Origin: an uncultured delta proteobacterium
GTDB lineage: Bacteria > Myxococcota_A > UBA9160 > JAFDET01
DNA length: 51,287 bases
Reading direction: 5' to 3'
Assembly: GCA_947260035.1 (NCBI GenBank)
Contig: CAMYOO010000040.1
Coordinates: 1 to 51,287 of the forward strand
A model generated the notes under the pieces. It was given only the letters and a program-made list of their open reading frames with translations. It did not search any database and was not told the origin of the DNA. Positions 39,901 through 47,063 of this stretch are shown piece after piece. Every line of letters starts with the position of its first letter. Position 1 is the first letter of the stretch. Both the position numbers and the translations under genes were made by a program.

Positions 39901-40577
39901 GCGGCGTGGCGGCGCAGCAGCGGCGTCAGGTAGGCGTCGGCGCTCGCGGTCTCCGTGCGCGCCAGCAGGCCGATCTCGCGCGCCACCTCGTGGGACGCCA
40001 CCACATAGGCCAGGCCCTCTTCCCGGGCGATCTCGGCGATGCGCGCCTCGACGTGCGGGTGGGCATAGGCGTGGATCAAGGCGACGGCCAGCGAGCGAAT
40101 GCCGCTGCCCCGGGCGTCGCGCAACGCCGCGCGCAGGGCTTCGGCGTCCAGCGTGTCTACACGCTCGCCGTTCACGCCCACGCGCCCGCCCACCTCGACC
40201 ACTCGCTCGTGCAGCGGCTGCGGCTTCTCGATGCGCAGGGAGAAGAGCTCGGGTCGCTCCTGGGTGCCGATGCGCGCCACGTCGCCCAGCCCGCGGTCGG
40301 CGACCAGCAGCGTGCGCTCCCCGCGGCGCTCCAGCAGGGCGTTGGTGGCGACGGTGCTGCCCAGTTCGACGGAGCAGGCGGGGAGCGACGCGCCGGGCGC
40401 AGCGGCCCCGCAGCGCTGCAGGATGGTGCGGATGCCCTCCACCGGAGCCGTATCCGAGGACAGCACCTTGGCGGTGTGCAGCGCGCCGTCGGGCGCCAGG
40501 CCGATGCAGTCGGTAAAGGTGCCGCCGCGATCGACCCAGAACTGCCACTGGTTTGCCTTCGTTCGCCTGCGGCTCAC
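36924..40577 (-). CDS. 5-oxoprolinase (ATP-hydrolysing)/hydantoinase, fused HyuA-HyuB type
   Basis: Start chosen at GTG 40577 ([26 protein letters not shown]), because homologues begin just before DRGGTFTD. The HyuB half reads [37 protein letters not shown]. 1218 codons. Confidence 0.9.
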   Translation of the reverse strand: MSRRRTKANQWQFWVDRGGTFTDCIGLAPDGALHTAKVLSSDTAPVEGIRTILQRCGAAAPGASLPACSVELGSTVATNALLERRGERTLLVADRGLGDVARIGTQERPELFSLRIEKPQPLHERVVEVGGRVGVNGERVDTLDAEALRAALRDARGSGIRSLAVALIHAYAHPHVEARIAEIAREEGLAYVVASHEVAREIGLLARTETASADAYLTPLLRRHAAELEAALPGSRLRFMQSSGGLTDAARFRGPAALLSGPAGGVVGAAHVAAEAGFPRAVGFDMGGTSTDVSLILDGEVERGFESVVAGVRVKAPMLRIHTVASGGGSLCRFDGFRLNVGPESAGADPGPLCYGIRAADGRLAARELTVTDVNLYLGRLQPDRFPFPLDREAVAARLEQVRDALAEAGHAREPDEVAAGFVEVANAHMARAIQEVSVARGVDPRECALVGFGGAGGQHVCALARSLGMRHVVLHPLGGLLSAYGIGIAEASWDGQRDAGRVLLPAPAEGLPEALRAAFEELEAGGRAALEAEGLDPAALRVERRLDLRYAGTETALAVAEPPHGDWAHAFAAEHRARFGYVRDERPLEVVTARVRVVEQAEVPRLPGATGGAQPAQPLRTESVWFPDLGRVVAPVFAREALGPGAELSGPAVVLEDTGTLILDAGFEGRVAANGALLLSDVGGRAASMQGAPAATQGAPAAQEADPVRLEVFGSRFMSIAEQMGAVLRNTSVSTNIKERLDYSCAVFDAEGGLVANAPHIPVHLGAMGETVRAVQARFPDLAQGDVVVTNDPFAGGSHLPDVTVVTPVFVVGASGAAPRFFVASRGHHADVGGITPGSMPSTSTRLEEEGVLIRPMLLVRRGRLDEAAIRAVLEGGPHPARSPDDNLADLEAMVAANRAGEALVLETVAEWGLDAVETTMRQLQDAAAAKVAREIARLPDGEHVFEDAMDDGTPVCVRLGVRGERMRIDFAGTGAAVEGNLNAPRAVVQAAAIYVLRSLVAERIPLNGGCLAPVEICVPSGSLLDPPRGAAVVGGNVETSQRIVDVLLGALGRVAASQGTMNNVAFGTERFGYYETIGGGAGAGDGFAGASGVHTHMTNTRITDAEVLEERYPVRLEVFALRAGSGGAGRWCGGEGLVRRWLFLEPVTVSLLSERRVLSPWGLAGGAAGARGRNAVVHADGRVEELPGRATLQMQPGERLRVETPGGGGFGRPVG

Positions 40578-40653
40578 TGCGCGCCCGCCTTCGGCGGGCT
40601 TGCGTGGGCCGTAGTCCCGGCCGGACTCACCGCCTTGGCCAGCCCGGGCGCGC

Positions 40654-42615
40654 TCACCCGTCGTTGCGGCCGTAGAGCAGCTCGCGCAGGTCCAGGGCAA
40701 GCGAGCGGCCGTCGAGCCTGACGCGGCGCGGATTGAAGCCCTCCGCGCGGATCGAGAGCGCCAGGTCGGCGCTGTCCACGTCCGAGGGCGTCGCGAACCC
40801 GAACACGCCCCCCGGGCCACTGCTGCCACGGGCCACCACCCGGGGCGCCTCGCCCTCGCTGTGCGCCTCGACCACGACCTCGGCCTCTTCCACGGGCGGG
40901 CGCTCGCCGCTGGGCAGGGCGTCGTTGTCGGAGACCAGCACGCGGCCGGTGCGGCCGTCGCCCTGGCGCTCCACCTCTACCGCCAGGTCGCGCAGCCAGA
41001 TCATCGGCTCGCAGACCACGCCGGCGAAGCCCAGGGTCTCGAAGTGGTTGGCCGGGTGCGTGGCCTCGGCATCCTGGGGCGCCATTCCGTGGTCCGCCGT
41101 CAACACCAGGAAGGTCTCCTCGAGAAGCCCGGTCTTCTCCAGCAGCTCGAGCACGCGACCCACGCGCTTGTCGCCCTCCTCCAGGGCATCGGCCAGTCCA
41201 TCGGAGTGCGGTCCGTACTCGTGGCCCACGCCGTCGGTGAGGGTCAGCTCGTGATAGACGAAGTCCGGCGCGGGCCTGTCGGCGCGACTGAAGAGCTCCA
41301 CCACCTGCGCGATGCCGCGATTGTCGAGCACCGACTCGTCGATGGCCGACTTGCGGCCCTCCTCCCGCCAGCGCGGGTTGCAGTCGGTCGCGTACTCCTC
41401 GGTCAGGGCCTTCAGGGTCGGGCGATGCGAGGTGTTGCGGTTCTCCAGCGCGGCGTGGTCGGCGCCGCGACCGAACGGGGCGTAGATGGCCGCCGTGAAG
41501 CCGTCGTCGCCGCGCACGCGCTTGAACGCCTCGTAGAGCGACTCCACCGCCTGGCTGGAGAAGCCCTCGGTGAGAATCTGCTGCCCCTGCGGCGAGATCG
41601 TCTCGCGCTTCTCGCGCAGGTAGTAGCTGGGGTTCACCACGTCGTGGTGGCCGCACCAGGCCCCGGTGCCGATCGCCGTGTGGCTGGGCCAGGTGATGGA
41701 CGGGAAGTTCACCACGGAGCCGCCCTCGACCTGCGCCGCCCGCTCGCGCAGGCTGGTCAGATTGGGGTAGCGCTCCGGCTCGGCCTCCAGGCGCGCCTGC
41801 AGCTCCGTCATGTGCAGGCCGTCCATCAAGAACAGGTAGGCGCGGCGCGCGGGCGCGGCGCCGCGGTCCAGGACTTCCTCCAGCACGCGCCCGTCCTGCC
41901 GGCGCAGGTAGACGTCGGGCTCCACGCCGCGCTCGCTGGCCGTGCGACCGCTGTGATCGGCGCCGTCGATGCGGGGAAGGTCGCAGGCCGCCAGGATGGT
42001 GGGCGCCAGATCCACTGCGCGGACCGCCAGGCGGTGGCGCCCGGGCCGCACCCGCGGCCCGGCGAACCAGAGCGGCGCACGCGCCTGGCGTACGTGCAGG
42101 GCGCCGTGATTGCCCGCGTAGGGGCCCTGAGCCCAGTCCGTGGGCGAGATGGCCAGGTCCGGTGCATGGGGAGAGTCGAAGAGCTGCGCGATGCGCTCAC
42201 AGGCGAACGGATAGCTCTGGTACGCGGGCGCGATGAAGCGTCGATCCGCCTCGTCGGCGGCGAAGCCCGAGGCCAGGGCGGCCGTACGCTCCGCGTCCAG
42301 GCTGTCCAGGGCATGGGGATCCTGGTTCCCGATCGGATTCTCGCCCATCACCTCGATCACGGGAAAGTCGAAGCTGCCGTCGTCGCGCAGCACGCGCCGG
42401 AAGCGCACCAGCCCCCGTCGGGACCAGACCTCGTACGCGCCGCCCTCGGCGTCCTCGCGAAAGGTGACGACCAGGTCCACCCGGTCGCCGCAGTCGGGGT
42501 CGGTCAGCAGCGCGTGGATCGCGCGATTGCCCGACTCCTCCTGGTTCGCATCCAGCCCCTGTCCGCCCGGCCGCTCGGGTTCCCACGTCTGCATGGGCCC
42601 GAGGGTATCACGCAC
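40654..42615 (-). CDS. Alkaline-phosphatase superfamily protein (NPP/phosphodiesterase type), unusual domain order
   Basis: GTG 42615, or ATG 42594. Motifs YLFLMDGLHM (Asp), FPSITWPSHTAIGTGAWCGHHDVVN (Thr nucleophile), LTDGVGHEYGP (D-x3-H) and LVLTADHGM (DH). The GNHGALH ... VDLAPTILAACDLP segment lies N-terminal to all of these. Confidence 0.8.
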   Translation of the reverse strand: MRDTLGPMQTWEPERPGGQGLDANQEESGNRAIHALLTDPDCGDRVDLVVTFREDAEGGAYEVWSRRGLVRFRRVLRDDGSFDFPVIEVMGENPIGNQDPHALDSLDAERTAALASGFAADEADRRFIAPAYQSYPFACERIAQLFDSPHAPDLAISPTDWAQGPYAGNHGALHVRQARAPLWFAGPRVRPGRHRLAVRAVDLAPTILAACDLPRIDGADHSGRTASERGVEPDVYLRRQDGRVLEEVLDRGAAPARRAYLFLMDGLHMTELQARLEAEPERYPNLTSLRERAAQVEGGSVVNFPSITWPSHTAIGTGAWCGHHDVVNPSYYLREKRETISPQGQQILTEGFSSQAVESLYEAFKRVRGDDGFTAAIYAPFGRGADHAALENRNTSHRPTLKALTEEYATDCNPRWREEGRKSAIDESVLDNRGIAQVVELFSRADRPAPDFVYHELTLTDGVGHEYGPHSDGLADALEEGDKRVGRVLELLEKTGLLEETFLVLTADHGMAPQDAEATHPANHFETLGFAGVVCEPMIWLRDLAVEVERQGDGRTGRVLVSDNDALPSGERPPVEEAEVVVEAHSEGEAPRVVARGSSGPGGVFGFATPSDVDSADLALSIRAEGFNPRRVRLDGRSLALDLRELLYGRNDG

Positions 42616-44170
42616 CTCGCCGGGCGAAGCGACGGGTCAGGCGGCCCAACGCGTCGCGCAGGGCCTCGTCGCCCAGCAGCCAGGCCAGTGGCAGGGCCAC
42701 GGCGGCGAAGGCCGCGACGCCCAGCGCCAGGTCCAGGAACGCGCCGGCGAAGCCCTCCCCGCCCCGCTGCACCCAGAGCGCGGCACCGGCCGCGGGCAGC
42801 GCCGCCGCCAGGGCCCGACCGCTGCTGGCCCCCAGAGCGGCCAGGTCCGGCGACCCGTGCAGGCGCCGGGCCAGCAGCAGCGTGGCCAGGGCATTGGCGC
42901 TCATGGCGATGACGCCGGCCAGCGCCAGACCCGTAGCGCCGGCCTGACGGCCCAGGCTGATGTAGAGCGGCAGGGCCAGGACGGCGACCGCGGTGCCCAG
43001 CAGCATGGGTCGCCAGGTATCGCCCCTCGCGTAGAAGGCCCGCGCGGCGACCTGCTGCACGACCCAGGCAGGCACCGCCAGGCACAGGATCTGCAGCAGC
43101 CCGGCGACCACCACCGCATCGTCGGCGGAGAACGCACCCCGGCGAAACAGCACCGCGACGCCGGCCTCGGCCAGACCGAAGGCCGCGGCGCCGGTCAGCA
43201 CCGCCAGCGACAGCGCCACCTGCAGCGTGCGCAGCAGCACCCGGTCCAGCTCATCGTGACGGCGGGACGTCCACAACGCCGCCAGCGTGGGCAGGGCCGC
43301 AGCGGCGATCGCCTGCCCAACCACGGCCACCGGGGCCAGCATGAGCTGGCGCGCGTAGCCAAGGCTGGCGATGACGCCCTCGCCCACGTCGTCGCCGAAG
43401 ACCTTCTCGTACCACTCGTCCACGGTGAGCAGCGATGCCCCGACCATCAACGGGAGCGCTACCAGCAGGTACTTCAGGAACTCGCGATCCGCAGGAGCGA
43501 TGCGCAGCCGCACACGAAGGTTGCGCAGGGCGTCGAACAGCGCGATTCCGAACGGCCCCAGCGCCGCGCCCAGCAGGGCGCCCCAGATGAAGCCCTCGGG
43601 TCCCCTGCCCAGGCCCAGCCCGGCGCCGATGATGGCCAGGTTGTAGACCAGCGGCGCGGCGGCCTGGGCGCCGAAGCGACCTCGCGCCATCAGCGCGCCG
43701 CGCAGGATGCCGCCGGTCACGAAGAAGACCTGCGCCGGCAGCACGATCCGCGTGAGCCGCACCGTGAGCGCACGGATCTCCGGCTGCATGCCGTCGAACA
43801 GGAACCCGACCAGCGGCTCCGCGTAGAACCAGATCAGCGCCGTAAAGAGCAGCGCGGCCAGCCCCAGGGTGCCCAGGACCGTGGCCAGGAAGCGCTCGGC
43901 GGTCGCTTCGTCCTGCTGCTGGCGCATGCGGGTGTAGAGCGGGATGAAGGCGATGGAGAGCGCACCGCCCGCCAGCAGGTGGTTCAGGATGTCCGGGAGC
44001 ATGAAGGCGGCCCGGTAGGCGTCCATCTCGGCGCTCACGCCCACCTGCCAGGCCAGCACCATCTCGCGCACGTAACCGATCACGCGCGAGAGCAGAACGC
44101 TCCCGGCCAGCAGCGCCGCCGCCGCGCCAATCCGCCGCCCGTGCGCCGCCGGCTCCGGCCCCTCGCTCAC
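42608..44170 (-). CDS. murJ: Lipid II flippase MurJ (MviN)
   Basis: Start chosen at GTG 44170. The upstream part of the ORF runs into the palindromic repeat. N-terminal SVLLSRVIGYVREMVLAWQVGVSAEMDAYRAAFMLPDILNHLLAGGALSIAFIPLY is the MurJ signature region. 521 codons. Confidence 0.9.
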   Translation of the reverse strand: MSEGPEPAAHGRRIGAAAALLAGSVLLSRVIGYVREMVLAWQVGVSAEMDAYRAAFMLPDILNHLLAGGALSIAFIPLYTRMRQQQDEATAERFLATVLGTLGLAALLFTALIWFYAEPLVGFLFDGMQPEIRALTVRLTRIVLPAQVFFVTGGILRGALMARGRFGAQAAAPLVYNLAIIGAGLGLGRGPEGFIWGALLGAALGPFGIALFDALRNLRVRLRIAPADREFLKYLLVALPLMVGASLLTVDEWYEKVFGDDVGEGVIASLGYARQLMLAPVAVVGQAIAAAALPTLAALWTSRRHDELDRVLLRTLQVALSLAVLTGAAAFGLAEAGVAVLFRRGAFSADDAVVVAGLLQILCLAVPAWVVQQVAARAFYARGDTWRPMLLGTAVAVLALPLYISLGRQAGATGLALAGVIAMSANALATLLLARRLHGSPDLAALGASSGRALAAALPAAGAALWVQRGGEGFAGAFLDLALGVAAFAAVALPLAWLLGDEALRDALGRLTRRFARRGA

Positions 44171-44211
44171 CCACCCCCCCTCACCCAGCAGGGTACTGCA
44201 ACGCGCAAGGA

Positions 44212-44380
44212 GGGACGTTCCTGCGTAACTGCATTCGGTGCCACTCCTGCACGCAGGGACGTTCCTGCATAACTGCACGGAGGGTCACTCCTCACCGCCA
44301 GGAGTGGTACTGCGTGCAGTTATGCAGGAACGTCCCTGCGTGCAGGAGTGGTACCGGGTGCACTTATGCAAGAACCTCCC
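44212..44380. repeat. Nested near-perfect palindrome: two direct plus two inverted copies of a 44-nt unit
   Basis: AGGGACGTTCCTGC(G/A)TAACTGCA occurs at 44211-44233 and 44255-44277. Its reverse complement occurs at 44315-44337, with a degenerate copy at 44359-44380. The arms 44236-44279 and 44313-44356 are complementary with one mismatch. The symmetry centre is at 44296. Confidence 0.92.
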
Positions 44381-44426
44381 CGACGCGCGTGAAGCGGCTT
44401 GCTCGTGGCGCGGCAGCCTGGCCTGA

Positions 44427-45533
44427 TCAGCGCGGATTGGGTTCGCGCCAGAGGCGGCCGTCGAAGCTCTCCACGATCACGTCGTCGCCCTCGCGACCGC
44501 GGAAAAAGGGGTGCTGCAACGGGACCTTGCCGTACGGGGTGTCGAGTACATACTGAGGGATCGCGAAGCCGCTCGTGCGGCCGCGCAGGCTGCGGAAGAG
44601 CGCCAGGCCCTCCTCCACGGGAACGCGGAAGTGGGCGGTCCCCTCCAGCAGCTGGGCCTGGTAGCAGTAGTACGGGCGCACCCTCATGCGCACCAGGCCC
44701 TCGCAGAGCGCCCTCATGGTGTCCGGGTCGTCGTTGATGCCCCGCATCAGGACGCTCTGATTGCCCAGCGGGATGCCGGCTCGACTGAGGCGATCGCAAG
44801 CCTCGGCCGCCTCGGCGGTCAGCTCGCGAGGATGGTTGAAGTGGGTGTTCAGCCAGATCGGGTGGTGCCTCTCCAGCAGCCGGCACAGGTCGTCCGTGAT
44901 GCGGAACGGCAGGGTCACGGGCAGGCGCGTGCCCAGGCGCACGATCTCCACGTGGGGGATGCTGCGCAGCTCGCCCAGCAGCCAGGCGAGCTTGTCGTCG
45001 GAGAAGACCAGCGGGTCGCCGCCGGTGAGCAATACGTCGCGGATCTCCGGCGTACGGCGGATCCACGCCAGGGCCGTCTCGAGCTCGCGCTGTTTCATGG
45101 CCCAGCCCGGCTCGCCCACCATGCGCTTGCGCAGGCAGAAGCGGCAGTAGAGCGCGCACTCGTTGTTGACGCAGAAGGCGATGCGATCCGGGTAGACGCG
45201 GATCACGTTCTTCACCGGCGAGTGGGCCACCTCGTCCAGCGGGTCCGCCAGGCCGGCAGGGTCCTGCAGCTCGGCGCTGCGCGGAACCACCTGGCGCCGG
45301 ATCGGGCAGTCCGGATCCTGGGGATCCATGAGCGCCGCGTAGTACGGCGTGATCACGAAGTGGAAGCGCTGGGCGAGCTGCTCGATGGCCAGCCGCTCGT
45401 CCGCCACCGGGTCGGCGAAGCCTTCCAGGGCGGCGGCGTCGCGCACGCGCGCGCGCATCTGCCAGCGCCAGTCGCGCCACTCCGCCTCGGTCACACCCTC
45501 CGGCGGCGACGTCTTGGGGAATCCACTGGTCAC
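44427..45533 (-). CDS. KamA-family radical SAM protein (lysine 2,3-aminomutase-like)
   Basis: Start chosen at GTG 45533, a GTGA overlap with the upstream stop. Cluster motif CALYCRFCLRKR (CxxxCxxC) and LLTGGDPLVF are present. The N-terminal region reads WRDWRWQMRARV...FHFVITPYYAALM. Confidence 0.9.
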   Translation of the reverse strand: MTSGFPKTSPPEGVTEAEWRDWRWQMRARVRDAAALEGFADPVADERLAIEQLAQRFHFVITPYYAALMDPQDPDCPIRRQVVPRSAELQDPAGLADPLDEVAHSPVKNVIRVYPDRIAFCVNNECALYCRFCLRKRMVGEPGWAMKQRELETALAWIRRTPEIRDVLLTGGDPLVFSDDKLAWLLGELRSIPHVEIVRLGTRLPVTLPFRITDDLCRLLERHHPIWLNTHFNHPRELTAEAAEACDRLSRAGIPLGNQSVLMRGINDDPDTMRALCEGLVRMRVRPYYCYQAQLLEGTAHFRVPVEEGLALFRSLRGRTSGFAIPQYVLDTPYGKVPLQHPFFRGREGDDVIVESFDGRLWREPNPR

Positions 45534-46531
45534 GCCAGCCCCAGCCGCTTCAGGCCCGCGGCGATCACCTCGGCCAGCAGATCCTCGTGCCGCCGGCCGG
45601 CCAGCTCCGCCAGGATGCCGAAGGAACCATCGGGCGCGAAGGTGGGCAGCGGGTTGATCTCCAAAAAAAACGGACGCCCCTCGGCGTCGAGCCGGAAGTC
45701 GGTGCGGGCGAAGTCGCGACACTCCAGCGCGCGCCAGGCGCGCAGGGAGAGCTCCGCCAGCTCCGCCTCCAGCGACGGCGTCAGCTCGCCGGGCAGCGCG
45801 TGACGCCAGCCGCCCGGCGGCGCCGCGTGGCGCTCCAGGGCGTGCAGGCCGATGCCGGTCTCGGCCTCGAGCGCCCGCTGCAGCACCGGCAGCGCCCGCG
45901 GCGGATCGTTGCCCACCAGGGTGACCGTGTACTCCGCGCCGGGCAGGAAGGGCTCCGCCAGGGCGGGCTGGTCATAGGCGCGCACCAGCTCCTCCACCCG
46001 TTCGGCCAGGGCCGCCCGGTCGGCCACCCGCGACGCCGGCCCGATGCCCTTGGCCGTCCCTTCCCAACGTGGTTTCACGAAGAGCGGGAACAGTCCGGGA
46101 AGCAGAGCTTTTTCCGCTTCCTCCGCAGAGGCCAGCAGCACCCGCGGCGGCACCGGCACTCCCGCCGCCCCGACCTTCTCGGCACACCAGGCCTTGTCCA
46201 GAGAGAGAGACAACGTCAGCGCATCCGAGCCCAGGGCGGGAACTCCGCACATCTCCAGGAGCACCGGCGCCCAGGCCTCGCGGTTCCGCGAGCCGCGTCC
46301 CTCGGCGATGTTCAGCGCCGCGTCGAGCGGCGGCAGCTCGCCCTTCCCCGCCCGGCCCAGCAACTCGTGGGGACTGCCCAGACGCAGCGGCTCGTGACCC
46401 AAGGCGCGAACCGCGGCTGCCAGCGCCTCGACGGTCGCCTCGGGCTCATACTCGGCGTCGGCGTCCGGCGGATCGCCGGGGCAACCCGGGAACGTGCCCA
46501 GCAGGTCGTATACGAGCCCCACGCGCAGCAT
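45530..46531 (-). CDS. ATP-grasp ligase, D-alanine--D-alanine ligase-like family
   Basis: Start at the internal ATG 46531 (MLRVGLVYDL...). Ddl-like ATP-grasp features: DKAWCAEKVGAAGVPVPP, LFVKPRWEGTAKGI, AEYTVTLVGN and the C-terminal DFRLDAEGRPFFLEINPLP. Confidence 0.85.
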   Translation of the reverse strand: MLRVGLVYDLLGTFPGCPGDPPDADAEYEPEATVEALAAAVRALGHEPLRLGSPHELLGRAGKGELPPLDAALNIAEGRGSRNREAWAPVLLEMCGVPALGSDALTLSLSLDKAWCAEKVGAAGVPVPPRVLLASAEEAEKALLPGLFPLFVKPRWEGTAKGIGPASRVADRAALAERVEELVRAYDQPALAEPFLPGAEYTVTLVGNDPPRALPVLQRALEAETGIGLHALERHAAPPGGWRHALPGELTPSLEAELAELSLRAWRALECRDFARTDFRLDAEGRPFFLEINPLPTFAPDGSFGILAELAGRRHEDLLAEVIAAGLKRLGLA

Positions 46532-46589
46532 GTCCGCAAGGGTAACGGCGGGCGGGCCGTGCGGCCCCGAGCGGGCCATATTCCCCGGG

Positions 46590-47063
46590 GTGGACCCCGA
46601 AAGCGCGCGTCGCCGTCGAATCCAGGCCTGGCTGGCGGTCGGCGCGTGGGCGGCGTTGATCCTGATCCTCGGAGGCGACCAGTTCTCGGCGGGTGACACC
46701 CGCGGCTGGCTGCGCGAGTTGGTGTTCCGCTTCTTCCCCGGGCTCACCGACGCCCACCTGGATCAGGCCAACTACTTCGTGCGGCGCAGCGCCCACGTGG
46801 GCTTCTACGCGGTGCTGGGCTTCCTGGCCTACCGCGCCCTGCGTATCTCGTCGGTGCGCATGACACCGGCGGCGCTGGGGCTGGCGCTGCTGCTTGCGCT
46901 GTGCGTCGCCGCCGCCGACGAGGGCATGCAATCACGCCGGACAGGGCGCACCGGCTCGCCCCGCGACGCGGCGCTCGACCTGGCCGGGGCCGGCGCCGGC
47001 GCGTTGCTGCTGGCGGGCTTCGAGCGCAGGCGCCGCTACCGGAGCAAAGCGGCCGATGCTTGA
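46590..47063 (+). CDS. VanZ-like membrane protein
   Basis: In-frame GTG 46590, chosen to avoid overlap with the divergent ATP-grasp gene. VRRSAHVGFYAVLGFLAYRAL ... ADEGMQSRRTGRTGSPRDAALDLAGAGAGALL matches the VanZ pattern (hf..Y..L ... DE..Q.f.pgR..s..D...n..G). Confidence 0.7.
   Translation: MDPESARRRRIQAWLAVGAWAALILILGGDQFSAGDTRGWLRELVFRFFPGLTDAHLDQANYFVRRSAHVGFYAVLGFLAYRALRISSVRMTPAALGLALLLALCVAAADEGMQSRRTGRTGSPRDAALDLAGAGAGALLLAGFERRRRYRSKAADA

Noticed and set aside
44279-44556. Mirror ORFs beginning MQLCRNVPACRSGT...: 44314..44556 on the plus strand, and the first 36 codons of 42608..44278 on the minus strand.
   Set aside because: They are the two arms of the palindrome read outward, which is why the peptides are identical. 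The plus-strand ORF is otherwise antisense to the kamA-like gene, and MurJ homology only starts near GTG 44170.
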